DNA from: Raja brachyura
Lineage: Eukaryota
Assembly: GCA_963514005.1 (NCBI GenBank)
Contig: OY740788.1
Coordinates: 16,864,001-16,928,000 of the forward strand
Direction: 5' to 3'
Length of the DNA: 64,000 bases
The notes below the pieces were generated by a model, which worked only from the letters and a program-made list of their open reading frames with translations, did no database searches and was not told where the DNA came from. The position numbers and the translations under genes are program-made. Below, one piece after another: positions 63,901 to 64,000 of the stretch (its first letter is position 1; every line of letters begins with the position of its first letter).

Positions 63901-64000
63901 GCAAACAACCTTGTTGTTATGAAGCAGCCTCTATTCATCAAGAGTATTGGCAATATAGTGGCTGTGTTTTCAGCTGTGCATTTCGACCTTTGCATTATCA

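Noticed and set aside
29117-64000. Downstream CCDC85A exons
   Set aside because: No segment resembling the expected next exon (STLSYVRQLE-like) was recognised; it is probably beyond the window.

Overview
Vertebrate genomic DNA, almost certainly from a cartilaginous fish (the repeat families look elasmobranch, probably skate/ray; this is inference). There is one host gene: the CpG-island promoter and first coding exon of CCDC85A (+ strand, CDS 28031-29045, donor GT at 29046). The rest of the window is upstream DNA and its first intron, with no further exon recognised. The remainder is a transposon mosaic: L1-clade, CR1 and Rex1-like LINEs, three divergent DIRS1-type tyrosine-recombinase retrotransposons (one structurally complete at 52615-57860), a Tc1 element, Harbinger and hAT MITEs, tandem non-autonomous Helitrons, and Penelope-type hammerhead-bearing repeats. 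Two observations stand out. (1) A ~140-nt TSD-flanked short retroelement occurs three times, and its exact 5' end folds as a ~53-nt minimal HDV/CPEB3-like self-cleaving ribozyme rather than a tRNA-derived head. (2) The DIRS copies share an expression architecture: a gag stop-CC-ATG-RAG|GTARG donor that can join in frame to the tyrosine recombinase, an HIV-type U UUU UUA site between gag and pol, and leader splice sites. All folds, alignments and family names were judged by eye; nothing was run.
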